A stretch of 64,000 bases of DNA, from positions 22,055 through 86,054 of the forward strand of contig JAUCBJ010005609.1 of NCBI GenBank assembly GCA_032718475.1, in the 5' to 3' direction. Positions 46,054 to 60,331 of the stretch are shown here, piece by piece. Numbering within the stretch: the first letter of the stretch is position 1; each line of letters opens with the position of its first letter. The position numbers were made by a program, and so were the translations under genes. The notes below the pieces were generated by a model. The model did not search any database, had not been told where the DNA came from, and saw nothing but the letters and a program-made list of their open reading frames with translations. Source of the DNA: Nemertoderma westbladi (lineage: Eukaryota > Animalia > Xenacoelomorpha).

Positions 46054-47629
46054 TTAAGTAATTTGAAATTTATATTATTTATGTAACCATAGCAACAAAA
46101 ATATATAATTATATTATAAAATTGATAATACAAAGCCAAACAACATGTCAAAAATATTTTAATACTAAAAAGGAAAACAAGAAAAAAAAAGAAAAAATTA
46201 GGGCATAGACACTCTAAACTAGTGCCCAGCTGGTGAATGCCTACCACTACCACCACTTCATCCGTTCGTTACTTATAACAAATTCGGCTCCAAAGTAGCC
46301 AAACCCGGAAAGAATACAATAATGGCTAAATTTTGTATCATTCGACGCAGAATTTATCGTAGAATAATGTTATAACGTGCCTCCAGTGCCTCACCTTGAT
46401 GAATTTTTTTATATCTCTTTAAATACATGTAAGTCACAAAAGATAATTTTATGAAAAATGAAAATATTTTAGTATTTTCAGTGTTATTTACAGTGTTATT
46501 TTGCAGTAGAGCACATGATTTTTTATTTTAACATACCATTATTATTCATTGTCCTTCAAGAACAGTTGTGGATTGCGTAATTAGTGATTGCCTAAACTTC
46601 CTGTAAGTCTAATGTTCGAATCCGGGTCGTGCCAGTGCGTAACTAGTATACTTACGCACCCAGCGATTGGCACCTGACTTATTTCTAATGCACGGTGTAA
46701 ATATCAAACATAACATCGTCGCTGATCTGGCAGAAAAGACAAGTGAAAAAATGACATTCTGAGATAATCGACTTTTTATTTCTATCTTTTTAAAAAACAT
46801 ATGAATTACGCTGAATTTAGGAACGTATACTAATTAAATAATTCCCCATACGTGCAATACATTATTTCTTTGTAAAAAAATATATTTAGCTAGTTCTGAG
46901 TTTTTTTTTTAATTCCGAATAAAAATAATCTTAGTTTATATAAATCAATTAACTCGTTCTAAATTTTTTTTTACATACAATAAAAATATTAATATATTTA
47001 GTTAAAATCGAGACACACAAATAATATGAATAGATATATCACCAAGAATATACAAAATACTGAATGAACAATATTTAAATTTAAAACTCTCTCTCTCTCT
47101 CTCTCTCTCTCTTGCTTTGCAAAGTCGCAATAGGGCCAGTGTTTGAAAGACTCGCATAAGTTTGTTCTAGAATGTGCAAACTTATTTTTCAAAGCAAATT
47201 CAATTAAAGCAACTCATACTTAATGAGTAAAACAAAAACCAGGTCCATCCCATCAAAAATTAAAGAATTATTAATGTTTTGTTAATATCATAAAATGATT
47301 TGCAATGCCATTTAATAGCATTACCAAAATGCCCTATGGTTACGAGTTAAAAGGCACAAAAATGTCAAATTTTCAAAATTTTCACTTTTTTTAGGTTTTT
47401 TTGGATTTTTGAACAAGATCCTAAATTGATATACGAAATATACCCCATCAAATAATTACAATTCTAACATTTTGTATTCTAAATCGGTCACTCGCACGGC
47501 TTTTTCAAAAAAATGAGTTGATGTATTACATTATGTCAAAGAAGTTGCGTCTTAAAAAGATTACTTGGTTTGAACGAAATTTTGCAAAAACTATTTTTCG
47601 ATCAGTGACTTAGCAATCATGAATTTTTG

Positions 47630-47930
47630 TGGTGATGATTTATTTTATGTTAAAATAAGAGATCTGGAAATTTTTGTTTACTAATATTGGCAATTTTTTT
47701 TTAATTTTTGCTTTTTTAATTTTGAAAAACTAGCCCTATTGTTACTTGTAATATATATTTATTAATTAGTAAATTATATTACTATTTAAACTTCATAAGT
47801 AATGGTGATGTTTTATTTTATGTTAAAATAAGAGATCTGGAATTTTTTGTTCACTAATATTGGCTATTTTGTTTTTAATTTTGCTTTTTTAATTCCGAAC
47901 AACTAGCCCTATTGTTACTTGTAATATATA
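47630..47930 (+). repeat. Two ~130-bp direct repeats spaced 173 bp apart
   Basis: TGGTGATG..TTATTTTATGTTAAAATAAGAGATCTGGAA...CTAGCCCTATTGTTACTTGTAATATATA at 47630 and 47803. Confidence 0.85.
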
Positions 47931-47933
47931 CTA

Positions 47934-49178
47934 ACACATATACATAACGTTGTTTAGGAGACACATATACATAACGTTGTTTAGGAGACACATATACATA
48001 ACGTTGTTTAGGAGACATAGATACATAATGTTGTTTAGGAGACACATATACATAACGTTGTTTAGGAGACACATATACATAACGTTGTTTAGGAGACACA
48101 TATACATAACGTTGTTTAGGAGACACATATACAAAACGTTGTTTAGGAGACACATATACATAACGTTGTTTAGGAGACACATAGACATAACGTTGTTTAG
48201 GAGACACATATACATAACGTTGTTTAGGAGACACATATACATAACGTTGTTTAGGAGACACATAGACATAACGTTGTTTAGGAGACACATATACATAACG
48301 TTGTTTAGGAGACATAGATACATAATGTTGTTTAGGAGACACATATACATAACGTTGTTTAGGAGACACATATACATAACGTTGTTTAGGAGACACATAG
48401 ACATAACGTTGTTTAGGAGACACATATACATAACGTTGTTTAGGAGACACATATACATAACGTTGTTTAGGAGACATAGATACATAATGTTGTTTAGGAG
48501 ACACATATACATAACGTTGTTTAGGAGACATAGATACATAATGTTGTTTAGGAGACACATATACATAATGTTGTTTAGGAGACACATATACATAACGTTG
48601 TTTAGGAGACACATATACATAACGTTGTTTAGGAGACACATATACATAACGTTGTTTAGGAGACATAGATACATAATGTTGTTTAGGAGACACATATACA
48701 TAACGTTGTTTAGGAGACATAGATACATAATGTTGTTTAGGAGACACATATACATAACGTTGTTTAGGAGACACATATACATAACGTTGTTTAGGAGACA
48801 CATATACATAACGTTGTTTAGGAGACACATATACATAACGTTGTTTAGGAGACACATAGACATAACGTTGTTTAGGAGACACATATACATAACGTTGTTT
48901 AGGAGACATAGATACATAATGTTGTTTAGGAGACACATATACATAACGTTGTTTAGGAGACACATATACATAACGTTGTTTAGGAGACACATAGACATAA
49001 CGTTGTTTAGGAGACACATATACATAACGTTGTTTAGGTGACACATATACATAACGTTGTTTAGGAGACACATATACATAACGTTGTTTAGGAGACACAT
49101 AGACATAACGTTGTTTAGGAGACACATATACATAACGTTGTTTAGGAGACACATATACGTAACGTTATTTAGGAGACA
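47934..49178. repeat. 27-bp minisatellite, ~46 copies
   Basis: Unit ACACATATACATAACGTTGTTTAGGAG with recurrent variants. Confidence 0.98.
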
Positions 49179-51139
49179 GACATATGCGTCAGATTATCTT
49201 CTCGTTTTGTATATGGCCTACTGGTAATTTATGTGCCCTGCACTATTTATATAATTGTATATGAAGGGAGGGCTTGGTTTTACCAGCGGCTTTCAATGTC
49301 CTAATATTAATTTGTCCAATAATGTGTGTTATAGACCGTAACCAGTGCCCATCATTTGGGAGTATATGTCATCCAAGGTTTTGTGGACTCTGCAGGAACG
49401 CGATCTAAAGGAGGAGGACCCCTCAGCTTCCATGCAATATAATGAAATCACTTTGTATTACGGGGTTTTTAAATCGGATAATCGGAATTGTGACTGGACA
49501 ACGACAGGATTTTCCATAAATGACGTCACTTAACGTCACGTCATTACGTCAATACTTACAATTTGTCAAATAATATTTCGAATCTCACTATAAAACAGTT
49601 ATAATAAAGCGTACCCGATCGATCCCTTTGCCAGCATGACGTCATGTATGGATTCTTTTGAAACAATGATATTCATCACATAGGATTAGGATCATATTTC
49701 TTACACCCACCCCACATGCATTCTTAGATAAGTTATATTCCGTTGGCAGAGTTTGAAAACGAATCAGTTGTGGTGAATTATGACAGCAATCATTATTATG
49801 ACATTATAATCACTATTAATAGTATTATGCAAACAAATCATTCTGATTGATTAACAATTATTAAATTGCATTTAATTAAAAATATATTCGAAAAAATGAC
49901 GACCGAACGACGATGAGCGATATTCATTATTCTGCCCTCATTGAGTTGGTAGGTTTATAGACGACAGTAGCGAGTGTTTAAATTCCAACGAGTACAAAAC
50001 ACAATACACCAAGGCAGAATATCTGAATTTCGCTCTTTCTGAATTGCCAATTGGAAATGTATGATAGAAAGAAACAAATGTACTTGTTCAGCTGTTCATT
50101 GGAAATTTGAATCATTGCTACACGAAATAGAAGAAAAGGATTATTGTAATATTTCGTTTTATTCCATATCGTAACATCCAATCTTTTAACACCCTATCTC
50201 GTATAATCATGCCTCCCCCCATCTCGTAGCACGTAATGCATTATTGTCAAAAAATTTGCAAAATAAACTTGGTCTCTAATCCGATCTATAGACTCTTGGG
50301 TGTTCACAACGGCATTAGGACATAGAACAGCAGATTGGCAATAATAATATGCTACAAGCTTACAATAATAAATACAAAAGGGTGAGTACAAAACAAATAC
50401 ACAAGACCCAAAAGACTTAAGACCTGTACGAAACACATGTGATAACTTTCGTTTATTGTTTTGGTTCTCCCAACTATGACTATGTAACCTGCTCCTTTAC
50501 TAACCTGATCCTTTAAATGCCAATGAGACCTAACGCTCTTCGGGACCTAACGCTACTTTACCTCTTAGTTTTGTACGTCCTTGGTCTTCGTTTTGTACTG
50601 ACCAAGATACAACAGTAGAAAACCAGCTTTTTCTACCGCGCTGGGGTCAAAAGGGTCTAGATCCCTGTCCTGCTACAACGTTACTAATTTCAGCAACTGT
50701 ATCATAGTCCTATTTGCCTTTAACACTTTGCGTACCAACATCACACGTATTGTCACGACACGTACTCGTGTTCATAATTCATGATAATGCTCATAATGCC
50801 GCCTTTAAATACTGTAATTATAACTTAACCCCCATGGCAGCAAAGTGCCACCTTTACATATATATATAATATTATCCTGATCCCCAGGGTAGCAGTGTTT
50901 CGCCTTTATATAATTATAATATATTAATATATATTATTAATTATAATATAATATAATATATTATAATATATATTACGTAACTAACGGTCAACAGTCAAAT
51001 TATTCATAAACCACAATATTACTTACAAAATAATAAACTATCTTAATTCAATTTAATACGATGCAGAGAGGTTCCAACCACGAAGACTATAACAGTCTAC
51101 AGTACGAAACCAAGACTTCTCCATTTGGCTGAATATATA

Positions 51140-51480
51140 TATATATACCTTGCCTGTTTTGGCAAGTATGTAAGTATGCCTTGCCTGTTTTGGCAAGTAT
51201 ATAAATATACCTTGCCTGTTTTGGCAAGTATGTAAATACACCTTGCCTGTTTTGGCAAGTATATAAATACACCTTGCCTGTTTTCGCTAGTATATATATA
51301 TACCTTGCCTGTTTTGGCAAGTATGTAAATGTGCCTTGCCTGTTTTGGCAAGTATATAAATACACCTTGCCTGTTTTGGCGAGTATATAAATACACCTTG
51401 CCTGTTTTGGCAAGTATATAAATACACCTTGCCTGTTTTGGCAAGTATTTAAATATGTATTGCCTGTTCTGGTAAGTATT
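51140..51480. repeat. 31-bp minisatellite, ~11 copies, each with an inverted repeat
   Basis: Unit ATACACCTTGCCTGTTTTGGCAAGTATATAA; CTTGCC recurs every 31 bp from 51149. Confidence 0.95.
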
Positions 51481-51829
51481 TGAATTTGATAGAGTATATT
51501 ATAAATATGATGGAAACTTCCTGTAAGTTTCACGTGTAAGACAAATGTTGAATAAATTATAAAACAAAATATTATTTTATGGTCTTTTCCCTGGAGCAAA
51601 GAGTAGTAACGCAGGAGGAGTAAACGAAATGTAATATGTCCTCTACTTAAAGTAATTGAATTGCCGTACTACTGTAATGAGAATTTCAAAGATTTTTGAG
51701 TCAAATTTTAATAATATCTCGAAACAGGAAATGTCTACAAGGTAGGCCTACATCCTAAATTTGCATAGAGGATAAAACAAGCAGGAAACGAGCTGTATCA
51801 ACAAATCAGGCTGATAATATAACAAGTAT

Positions 51830-52050
51830 TATCAAGTCAAGTCAAGTTTGTCAAGTCAAGTGATGTCAAGTCAGTATGTCAAGTCGTATGGCGCCAAGTC
51901 AAACTACTATCAAGTCACGTGATGTCAATCAAGGCATTAATTATGAAGTGATGTCGAGTCCAATGATGTCAAGTCAAGTGTCATAAAACCAAGTGATATC
52001 AAGTCAAATAATTTAAATTGATAAAAAGTGTTGTAAAGTCAAGTGAAGTC
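51830..52050. repeat. Degenerate (GTCAA)n microsatellite
   Basis: Repeated GTCAAGTCAA / GATGTCAAGTC. Confidence 0.8.
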
Positions 52051-52396
52051 ATATACCACCATGATAAATGACCATGATGTCTGTCACGGTTTTCTAATTA
52101 TTGAAATGGCTTCCGTCAATTTGTTTCACCCACTGCATCGTACCCATCTTGTGAAATTCCACCATAAGAGGCAGGCAAAGAATCGCAAGTTTTCTTTGTT
52201 TTAGCTTTTCCAAGGCTCGTCATTGTTAAAATTGATTTCTAATATTAAGGGGACCATTATCTGATATTCATGATTCTGTATATAAAACAAGATTTTTCAC
52301 AATTTCTCAATTTTGACATTTTCCACTGTCAATTTTTTTATTTTTGTCCAAAAAGTTTGAGTCTACTCTATATTTAGCATCTCTAAATATATATAT

Positions 52397-52737
52397 ATAG
52401 CTGCAAACTCAAAATATTATAAGTAAAAAATGTCAAACTGAAAAATGTTGTGTTTGGTTTGATAATTCTGAAGGTATACGGGTTTTCGATGTCGCTGAAC
52501 AGGATGACACTAGTTATAAATATTTCTGGTATGTGCATGTGCAAATCCCATTTTGGTGCCATTCAAGTGCCCCAAAACGAAAACTACAAGTAGCACAAAA
52601 TTATAAAGTGTTAAATTTTAACTTTGGTTATAAATATCTATACTGGTTTTCAAAGTCGCTGATTACTACGATATAACTCGTAAAAAATCATTCGTGCTAA
52701 CGCAACTATCATTTTTGCTGCTTGTCTGGTGGGACGG
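52397..52737 (+). repeat. Dispersed repeat, copy A (partner at 54727-55062)
   Basis: ATAGCTGCAAACTCAAAATATTATAAGTAAAAAATGTCAAACT...TTGTCTGGTGGGACG shared. Confidence 0.8.
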
Positions 52738-53184
52738 ATAAATACGGATACTAGAAATATCCCAGGTATCGAAAGTATTAATTGCTATTGGTAAAGGTAA
52801 AATAGGAGTCCATAAGGGAAAAACATTTTCCGATATTGATATTGAATTAAGTGATGTTTTATCAGATGATGGTTATCAGATGACACGTTATGCCTTTCTG
52901 ACTGAAAATTCTGAAATTGACTTTCTCACATTGCGAAGTTCTATTTATCCTTCGCAGCTAATTAATTAGCCATAGCCATTCCTGGCAAATCTGAAATACG
53001 AATAAGGCTAAATATTAGGCTGATTAAGAGAACAAGAGTTCGTGCTCTTCTATTTAATTTATAGAATTACTATTTATTGTATTTTAGGTGGTAGCAGCAG
53101 CGGGGGACTGATACCTCCAGGTAAATTATAAATATCACGCGTAATTATATCCGTAGCTGTTCCCATAGTTGGTAGGTGCTAAAA

Positions 53185-53782
53185 TGCACAACGAGCAACA
53201 ATGACCAACAGCGAGCAACAATGAGCAACAATGAGCAGCAATGAGCAATAACAAGCAATAATAAAGTACAAGAACGAGCAACAATGAGCAACAACGAACA
53301 ACTACGAGCAACAATGAGCAATAACAAGCAATAATAAAGTACAAGAACGAACAACAATGAGCAACAACGAGCAACAAGAAGCAATAATAAAGTACAAGAA
53401 CGAGCAACAATGAGCAACAACGAACAACAATGAGCAACAACGAACAACAATGAGCAACTACGAGCAACAATGAGCAATAACAAGCAATAATAAAGTACAA
53501 GAACGAGCAACAATGAGCAACAACGAACAACAATGAGCAACAACGAACAACAATGAGCAACAACGAGCAACAATGAGCAATAACAAGCAATAATAAAGTA
53601 CAAGAACGAGCAACAATGAGCAACAACGAACAACTACGAGCAACAATGAGCAACAACAAGCAATAATAAAGTACAAGAACGAGCAACAATGAGCAACAAT
53701 GAGCAACAACGAACAACAACGAGCAACAATGAGCAATAACAAGCAATAATAAAGTACAAGAACGAGCAACAATGAGCAACGT
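53185..53782. repeat. Compound repeat of 10-bp ACAA(T/C)GAGCA units interspersed with ATAACAAGCAATAATAAAGTACAAGAACGAGCA
   Basis: Directly visible tandem structure. Confidence 0.95.
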
Positions 53783-53796
53783 AATGCAATGTAATG

Positions 53797-54248
53797 ATAT
53801 AATGAGTTAAGTGCCGTTATATAGCCCGTTGGAATATCGTTATATAGCCAGTAGGAAAGTCGTTATATAATGAGTTAAATGCCGTTATATAGTCCGTTGG
53901 AATATCGTTATATAGCCAGTAAGGAAAGTCGTTTTATAATGAGTTACGTGCCGTTATATAGTCCGTTGGAATATCGTTATATAGCCAGTAGGAAAGTCGT
54001 TTTATAATGAGTTACGTGCCGTTATATAGTCCGTTGGAATATCGTTATATAGCCAGTAGGAAAGTCGTTATATAATGAGTTAAGTGCCGTTATATAGTCC
54101 GTTGGAATATCGTTATATAGCCAGTAGAAAAGTCGTTATATAATGAGTTAAGTGCCGTTATATAGTCCGTTGGAATATCGTTATATAGCCAGTAGAAAAG
54201 TCGTTATATAATGAGTTAAGTGCCGTTATATAGTCCATTGGAAAATCG
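53797..54248. repeat. 68-bp tandem repeat (~6.6 copies) built from three CGTTATATA sub-repeats
   Basis: AATGAGTT at 53801, 53869, 53938, 54006, 54074, 54142, 54210. Confidence 0.95.
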
Positions 54249-54726
54249 TGTTTCATATTAATTGGATCACAAGGGCGTTTATTTTTGGTAAAATAGTTGC
54301 CTGTCAGATTATTTTTGAGTATAATGGTAATAACAATAATATATTACTAACTACTACACTATAACAATTAGATGTTGAGACTCTAGTACAACTGGGCCCG
54401 GATATTTCCATTCATACAGTATAGTGCAACCCTTGTCTTTCTGTTTTGAAACACTTAACTTGTTTTTCAGTAATCGAGATTATATAATTAGTTAAAATTG
54501 TAATTAAATATTTCTTATATATTCGGCGAACTCCTGATAAGTGTGTGGGTGGAGGGTCACATTAACAACGCGACTCATATCACCGCCTGCCGTTTTTCCA
54601 TTCATCGCATTATGTGCTGTATTTCCCGTACATACATTCGCCTCATTGCTTGATATATGCAAAAGCGTAAAATAAAATATAAAAAAGCGTTAAAAGATTA
54701 TACTACACTACTACTCTATATACTAA

Positions 54727-55062
54727 TAGCTGCAAACTCAAAATATTATAAGTAAAAAAATGTCAAACTAAAAAATGTTGTGTTTGGTTTGATAATTCTG
54801 AAGGTATACGGATTTTCGATGTCGCTGATCACGATGAAACTAGTTACAAATATTTCTGGTAAAGCAAACCCATTTTTCGTGCCATTCTGGTGCCCCAGAA
54901 CGAAAAGTACAAATAGCACAAAATTATAAACTGTTTAATTTTGCCTTGGGTTTGGTAATTCTGAAGCTGTACCGATTTTCAAGGTCGCTGATCACGATAC
55001 AACTCGTTAATAATAATTTGTGGTAACGCAACAATCATTTTTGGTGCTTGTCTGGTGGGACG
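54727..55062 (+). repeat. Dispersed repeat, copy B (partner at 52397-52737)
   Basis: Colinear similarity to 52397-52737. Confidence 0.8.
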
Positions 55063-58000
55063 AAAAATACAAGTTAGCGTAAAATTTAAAACGCCAAAAT
55101 TCGATTTCTTCGAAATTTTGGTTGGATACTGTAATAACGATATTTTTGAGTGTCATGTTCGTGATCAGCATCCCAAAAAACCTATATGGTCATCAAATTA
55201 TTTGGTTTTATTAAGGATTAATAAATCTTGTTTGTAATGCAAAAAATTAATTCAAAATCGAAATACGGCCCTCGCACAGCACAATATATATGAGATCATA
55301 TGTATATGAGATCATCCACTGTGTTCATCCGTGGGAGTTAGTGTGGAGTCCAGTCCCCCTTGCCTTGTACGTAAAACAAGAGAAGGAAGCAAGAGAAAGA
55401 GTTCCCTTAATGTTGCCTCCAGTGCTTCATATTCACAGATAAATTTACATTACCCCGAATTATTATGAACCCGAATTTGTGGGGCAAAGGGCCTTCCTAT
55501 TTACATCAGAAATCAATATCGCCGTAGTCCGGCTGCCCCATCCATTGCATTAGCTACACTACTGTCTGGCCAGCAGACATATATTCGCCTTCAAGCTCGA
55601 TATATTGCCTTCTCTAACAATGGCATCGCCGTTCACTCCATGTAAACAATTAATGTTTCTACAACTCGTGTTATAAATTCCATGAGATAATTTTAATCAA
55701 TATTGATGGTGTCATTTGTTTGATGTTAGCACAACTACAGTATTACATGTTAGCAGAACTCTAGTCAATGATTTTTGAATGTTCAAGAAGAGGACGCTAA
55801 AGGGATACAAGATTTTTTTCCCTCACATTTCAGGTATTGCAAAGTGGCACTTGTGCTAACATTACAAAGAGTACATGGGGACCCAATCAAAACGTCGGAC
55901 ACATGTTCCTGATCAAATGTCATCGGATCAAATGTCATCCGATCTTCCGCCGCATAGAGGAGTCGATCGATTCGGATACAACCGACGTTAGACACGCCGA
56001 CTTTATTCCGTCTTTCATGTGAGTCGGAAGTCCTGTAAAACTTTCGTCGAAGGACGAGTTGAGTAACTTCCGCAGAAGAACCGCGGCCATCAGCAGAAGT
56101 TCGTTGGAAGCTTTCTCAGCCAAGGCAACTTCCGTTAAACAAATTAGTTTTGATTTTCCATCGATACCTTCGTATTGTTCCTCGGCTTTTTTTCTGAAAT
56201 CTTGATACATTCTGCGAAATTGTTGACCAGTTCCATCACTTTATTGTTTTGCCAAAAATGGTTGAAGTGTTCAAAATTCATTCGACAAGTATAGATTGTT
56301 TAATATATTAGGATTAATATTACCCATTTCATTAGCTAGCTTCGCCTCCCTGGGTCTGAATGTTCGACGATAACTCCTTGCGAGTCAATCTACATCAGGG
56401 AGAGTCTGCTCGGCAGTTGGTCTCATCGTTAGAGAATGGTATATATATAAGGTATAGGCTATAAGGTATAGACTCCGTTTGTAACCTATCCACAATTCTT
56501 GTTATTTTCGGCTTTCAGAAATGTTCCATAAACCAGAAAATATGCTACCACCTTTCATGTATACCAAAAGGAGATGTGGTACAGGAGTCCTTCAGGTGCA
56601 TTTAAATATATGGAGACTATAGTTTGAATGGGTGAGAGACCTTTCTGTTAGATCCTCCAACCTATAACGAAGGATATCATGAATCGTGATCTTCTCGTCA
56701 TCATTAAGTTTTGTATCAAGGTCATTGTCCTTTGGCAGGTTGGGCATTGTTGGCCGCTCATCCCTATAGTTTAGGAATAACAGCCCATGATGCCAGAACA
56801 TCTGGTTTTAAAGGTTTATACGGTGTATCATTCTGCGCAATATCAAATCCACTGGGTTGTCATCGGTGGGGCAGTGATACAACATTTCAAGATTAATGTT
56901 TGCTCAGATCTTACGCACTCTGTTCGCCATAAAATTGGGGAGCGTTTGTCCTCATTATGGAGTTATCCAAAGATGACGGTTGAATCCATCTAGCAATGTA
57001 TCTGCTTTATTTCCTGAATGGTATCCACTATAAAGATATAAGCTCGAACAGCGGCGGCAGGGGATGCGGCCTAGCCTGCGTTCTCGGGGAAGTTCGGAGG
57101 CGGCTGCAGTTCGCGCTCCTCCGCTCAAACTCCCTTTGTCTGCGTGGTGGCCGGCTACTGTGGAGGGCGCTGGGCTTTGGGGATGGTGCGGGTCTGAGGG
57201 GCAATGACCTCGCAAACCGATATTAATCCCCAATGCAGCATTTTTAATTGTATTGTTTATATTTTAAATTGTATTATTCTGATAGATGGGGGGAATTTGG
57301 TGCAGTTTTATATTTGTTTGATTAATTAATTATTATATATTATCATCCGTTTCAGTATATTAATTGGCTAACTGGTAAAATTGTTTTTCAGTCACAATTG
57401 CACCTCTATAATGTGAATGTGAGTGGTTCCTTAGTATAACTTACAAAACTGAACGCATACAAAAAATCAGCAATCAGCATCCATCGCATTGGATTGGGCT
57501 CTACTTTAGAATTAATTCTGAAGAAATTATATGTCCCGTATGCATACTGCGACATATGAGTAAAATACTTCATTAGAATTCGACTTGAGAATTATATAGA
57601 TTGAAGTTTTTAATTCCATATTAATTATTAAACTCTTTATAAATCTTTCACTGGTTTTTTTCTTAGATTTTATAACTTTTTAAATTACGAAGTGCAGTGG
57701 ACGGAGTGAATTAATATTCCTTACAGTTCCAACATAATAGAAACAAAGCGGACAAATGGCTACAAAACCATTAAAAACTGAACTTTCTCTAACATGGAGA
57801 GGCTTACTTGCTAAATTAATTATAATCTGATGAATATCAGAACTATATGTCACCGGATTTGTTCACGGCCTGTCTGTCCGCCTACCTGCACGCACACGAC
57901 TTTGCTTCTTCCACCTCCTTTAAATTTGGATAAAATCTAATCATATCTAACCAGCATTAGGTACAGGTTTTATAGTTTATGCTGGAAAAGGGTAGTTCAA

Positions 58001-58299
58001 AATCAACTCTTCTATATAATGTATTTTTCTAGCCTGTGATTAGTCAACAGATTGTGCATTGCGTCAATGCATTTGAGCTTTTAGTTCATGAACAAGCTCA
58101 TAGCTAGCTACTTATTTTTCTATTGTTTTTCAATAACAAAAAAGGACTTCACTAGCAAGAGCTATCATCAGCTGTGGTAATATTAATATGTGAGTAATTG
58201 AATCATCAGCTAAGTATGAATAGGATATAGTGACTGAAAAAACACAACTTTACTAAACTTCACAGTAAGTATCTATGTAAGGGTTGAGCGACTGGGAAA

Positions 58300-58985
58300 T
58301 GTTTCCAAATGTTAACAGATTTTAATTACCATATTTCTAGAAGAATTAACCTACATAAATGCTCAAATTCATTCAGCAGAACGGCACAGTAGGTAAATTA
58401 AAACTAATTTACTCTGGGTTGACTGAATCATGTATTTAATGTTTGCCAAAATTAAGTCATTAACCTCCTTCTCCTGAAAGGTTGTTAATTACAACAATTT
58501 TGGTTCCCGATACTCAACAGAAGTACTCTTTGTAACTAAAATTCATTCAGCTGTCCTGCCACTTACATAGCACAGTGAACCTTGTAGATATTCCCATTGG
58601 ATTCACTGGGAAGAGCTATCAGCTGTGGTAATATTGACTGGGATATAATGACTGAAAAAACACAACTTTACTAAACTTGGCAAGTAATGTACTTCTCTGC
58701 GGTTTGGTCCTATTCCATTAAATAGCATTCATTACTAGGCCCTCACTAATATTTTTTCATGAGCACACCAGTTGTTGTTTCTATTATTGAGTTTATTGCA
58801 ATTTTCGTGTTATGGGGCTATTTTTCGAAATAAAACAAGTTGAGATGTTTCAATTTAAACCGTAATTGTACCCATAGAAATATATTTTCTATGATTCGTG
58901 CAAAATTTCATCAAAATCGTTAGAGCCGTTTTTGCTCTAGGTCAGTAGCATTTTTTTCTTACAGTAATCAAGTCTTGCTAATTAC
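58300..58985 (+). mobile_element. HINE/DINE-1-like repeat copy
   Basis: Shares AAATTAAAACTAATTTACT...GACTGAATCATGTATTTAATGTTTGCCAA, ACCTTGTAGATATTCCCATT and TTTTTTCTTACAGTAA with 13430-13952; contains AAATTTCATCAAAATCGTTAGAGCCG. Confidence 0.5.
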
Positions 58986-60331
58986 CTCGGGATCTCGACT
59001 TATTACCTCGTAATCCCGACTTAGTAGTATCTCGGGATCCCAACTTATGTAGAGAACAAAATTGGCTAGATGTCCCTTTAGGGGCTCCGTAACAATCCGA
59101 ATAGGAAATGAAGTCCAGATTGAATACATCGACCCGTTGGTTGTTGCAGACTATAACAAACCCGATTACCTCAATGCGCTAATGAACTTAATACTGACTG
59201 ACATTCAATCAATCAAACGAAGATTTTTATATTATCCATTTCTTCCAAATGAACTGAACTTTTAGGTTATATGAGTCTCTCATGTTATTTAACTACGTTA
59301 TTTGTAGCCTTTCAATAGTATTAATTAATTAAATTATTTATAATTTTTTGTAATTTTATATTAATTTAAACATATGAATAAATTATGTTCGCGCTTTTAG
59401 ACCTTTAGCAGTTTAACCCGCTAATTTTAGGTGTCTTCTAGTTTATAAATCGACTTTAGCCTATAACAAGTATTTGTTGCATATAAGATATAAAGTTACA
59501 TTAGCCAAAGCCAGCCTATGCGCGACCATTCACCCACGGTTAAGGGAGACTGGATTCGGAGGCTCTGGCCTTATTGCGGTGTAGACTTACTGTATTATTC
59601 GATTGCTCGTTACTATAATATCTCTGACAAATATTATTTACTTTCGGGAAATATTAACAGTTCCTTTAGGACGTGGCGCTCTAAGTATGTAAACAGAGTT
59701 ATGACTTACACTAAACACAACGGGATGGCTAATGATTTTCGTATAAAGCGCATTCTTTAGGAAATGCTTTGTTATCTGTCACACTCATGCACACTACCGC
59801 ACACTGCTGCACACTGATCTGCCGACCTTCACTAAATTTGATCATATATAAGGAGAATAACAACCGACACATGTAGGGATTATGAAATAGCATTCAATTC
59901 ACTCCAAAACCGCTATAATGTAAGTCGCAGTTGCTACAGGTAACCGGTCTCTCTAACCTTCAGTATATCAAGAAGATTGGGGTTTTATGATTATTTATCG
60001 ATATTCTCCAAATATAACAACATATCCATCAACTTCTAACAATTAATAACCGACAGTAAATAGCAGTGCCGAACAACGCGAACAGGAGGCCGAACAACAT
60101 AGACGAGAGGCCGAACAACATAGACGAGAGGACGAACGGCAGGCCGAACAACGCAAACGAGAGGACGAACGGCAGGCCGAACAACATAAACGAGAGGCCG
60201 AACAACATAGACGAGAGGACGAACGGCAGGCCGAACAACGCAAACGAGAGGCCGAACAACGCAAACAGGAGGCCGAACAACGCGGACGAGAGGCCGAACG
60301 AGAGATCGAACAACGTAAATGGGAAGCAGAA

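Noticed and set aside
47875-49154. Long ORFs of 363-425 aa on both strands
   Set aside because: Artefacts of a 27-bp minisatellite lacking stops in some frames
51140-51480. CRISPR-like palindromic 31-bp repeats
   Set aside because: Linkers are ~10 nt and are variants of one sequence, not acquired spacers
53135-53779. Hydrophobic Cys/Leu-rich ORFs on the minus strand
   Set aside because: Translations of the 10-bp compound repeat
55320-57233. Short Cys-containing ORFs and a GC-rich patch (57050-57220), possibly a decayed transposon gene
   Set aside because: Frames are broken and I could not identify a diagnostic motif
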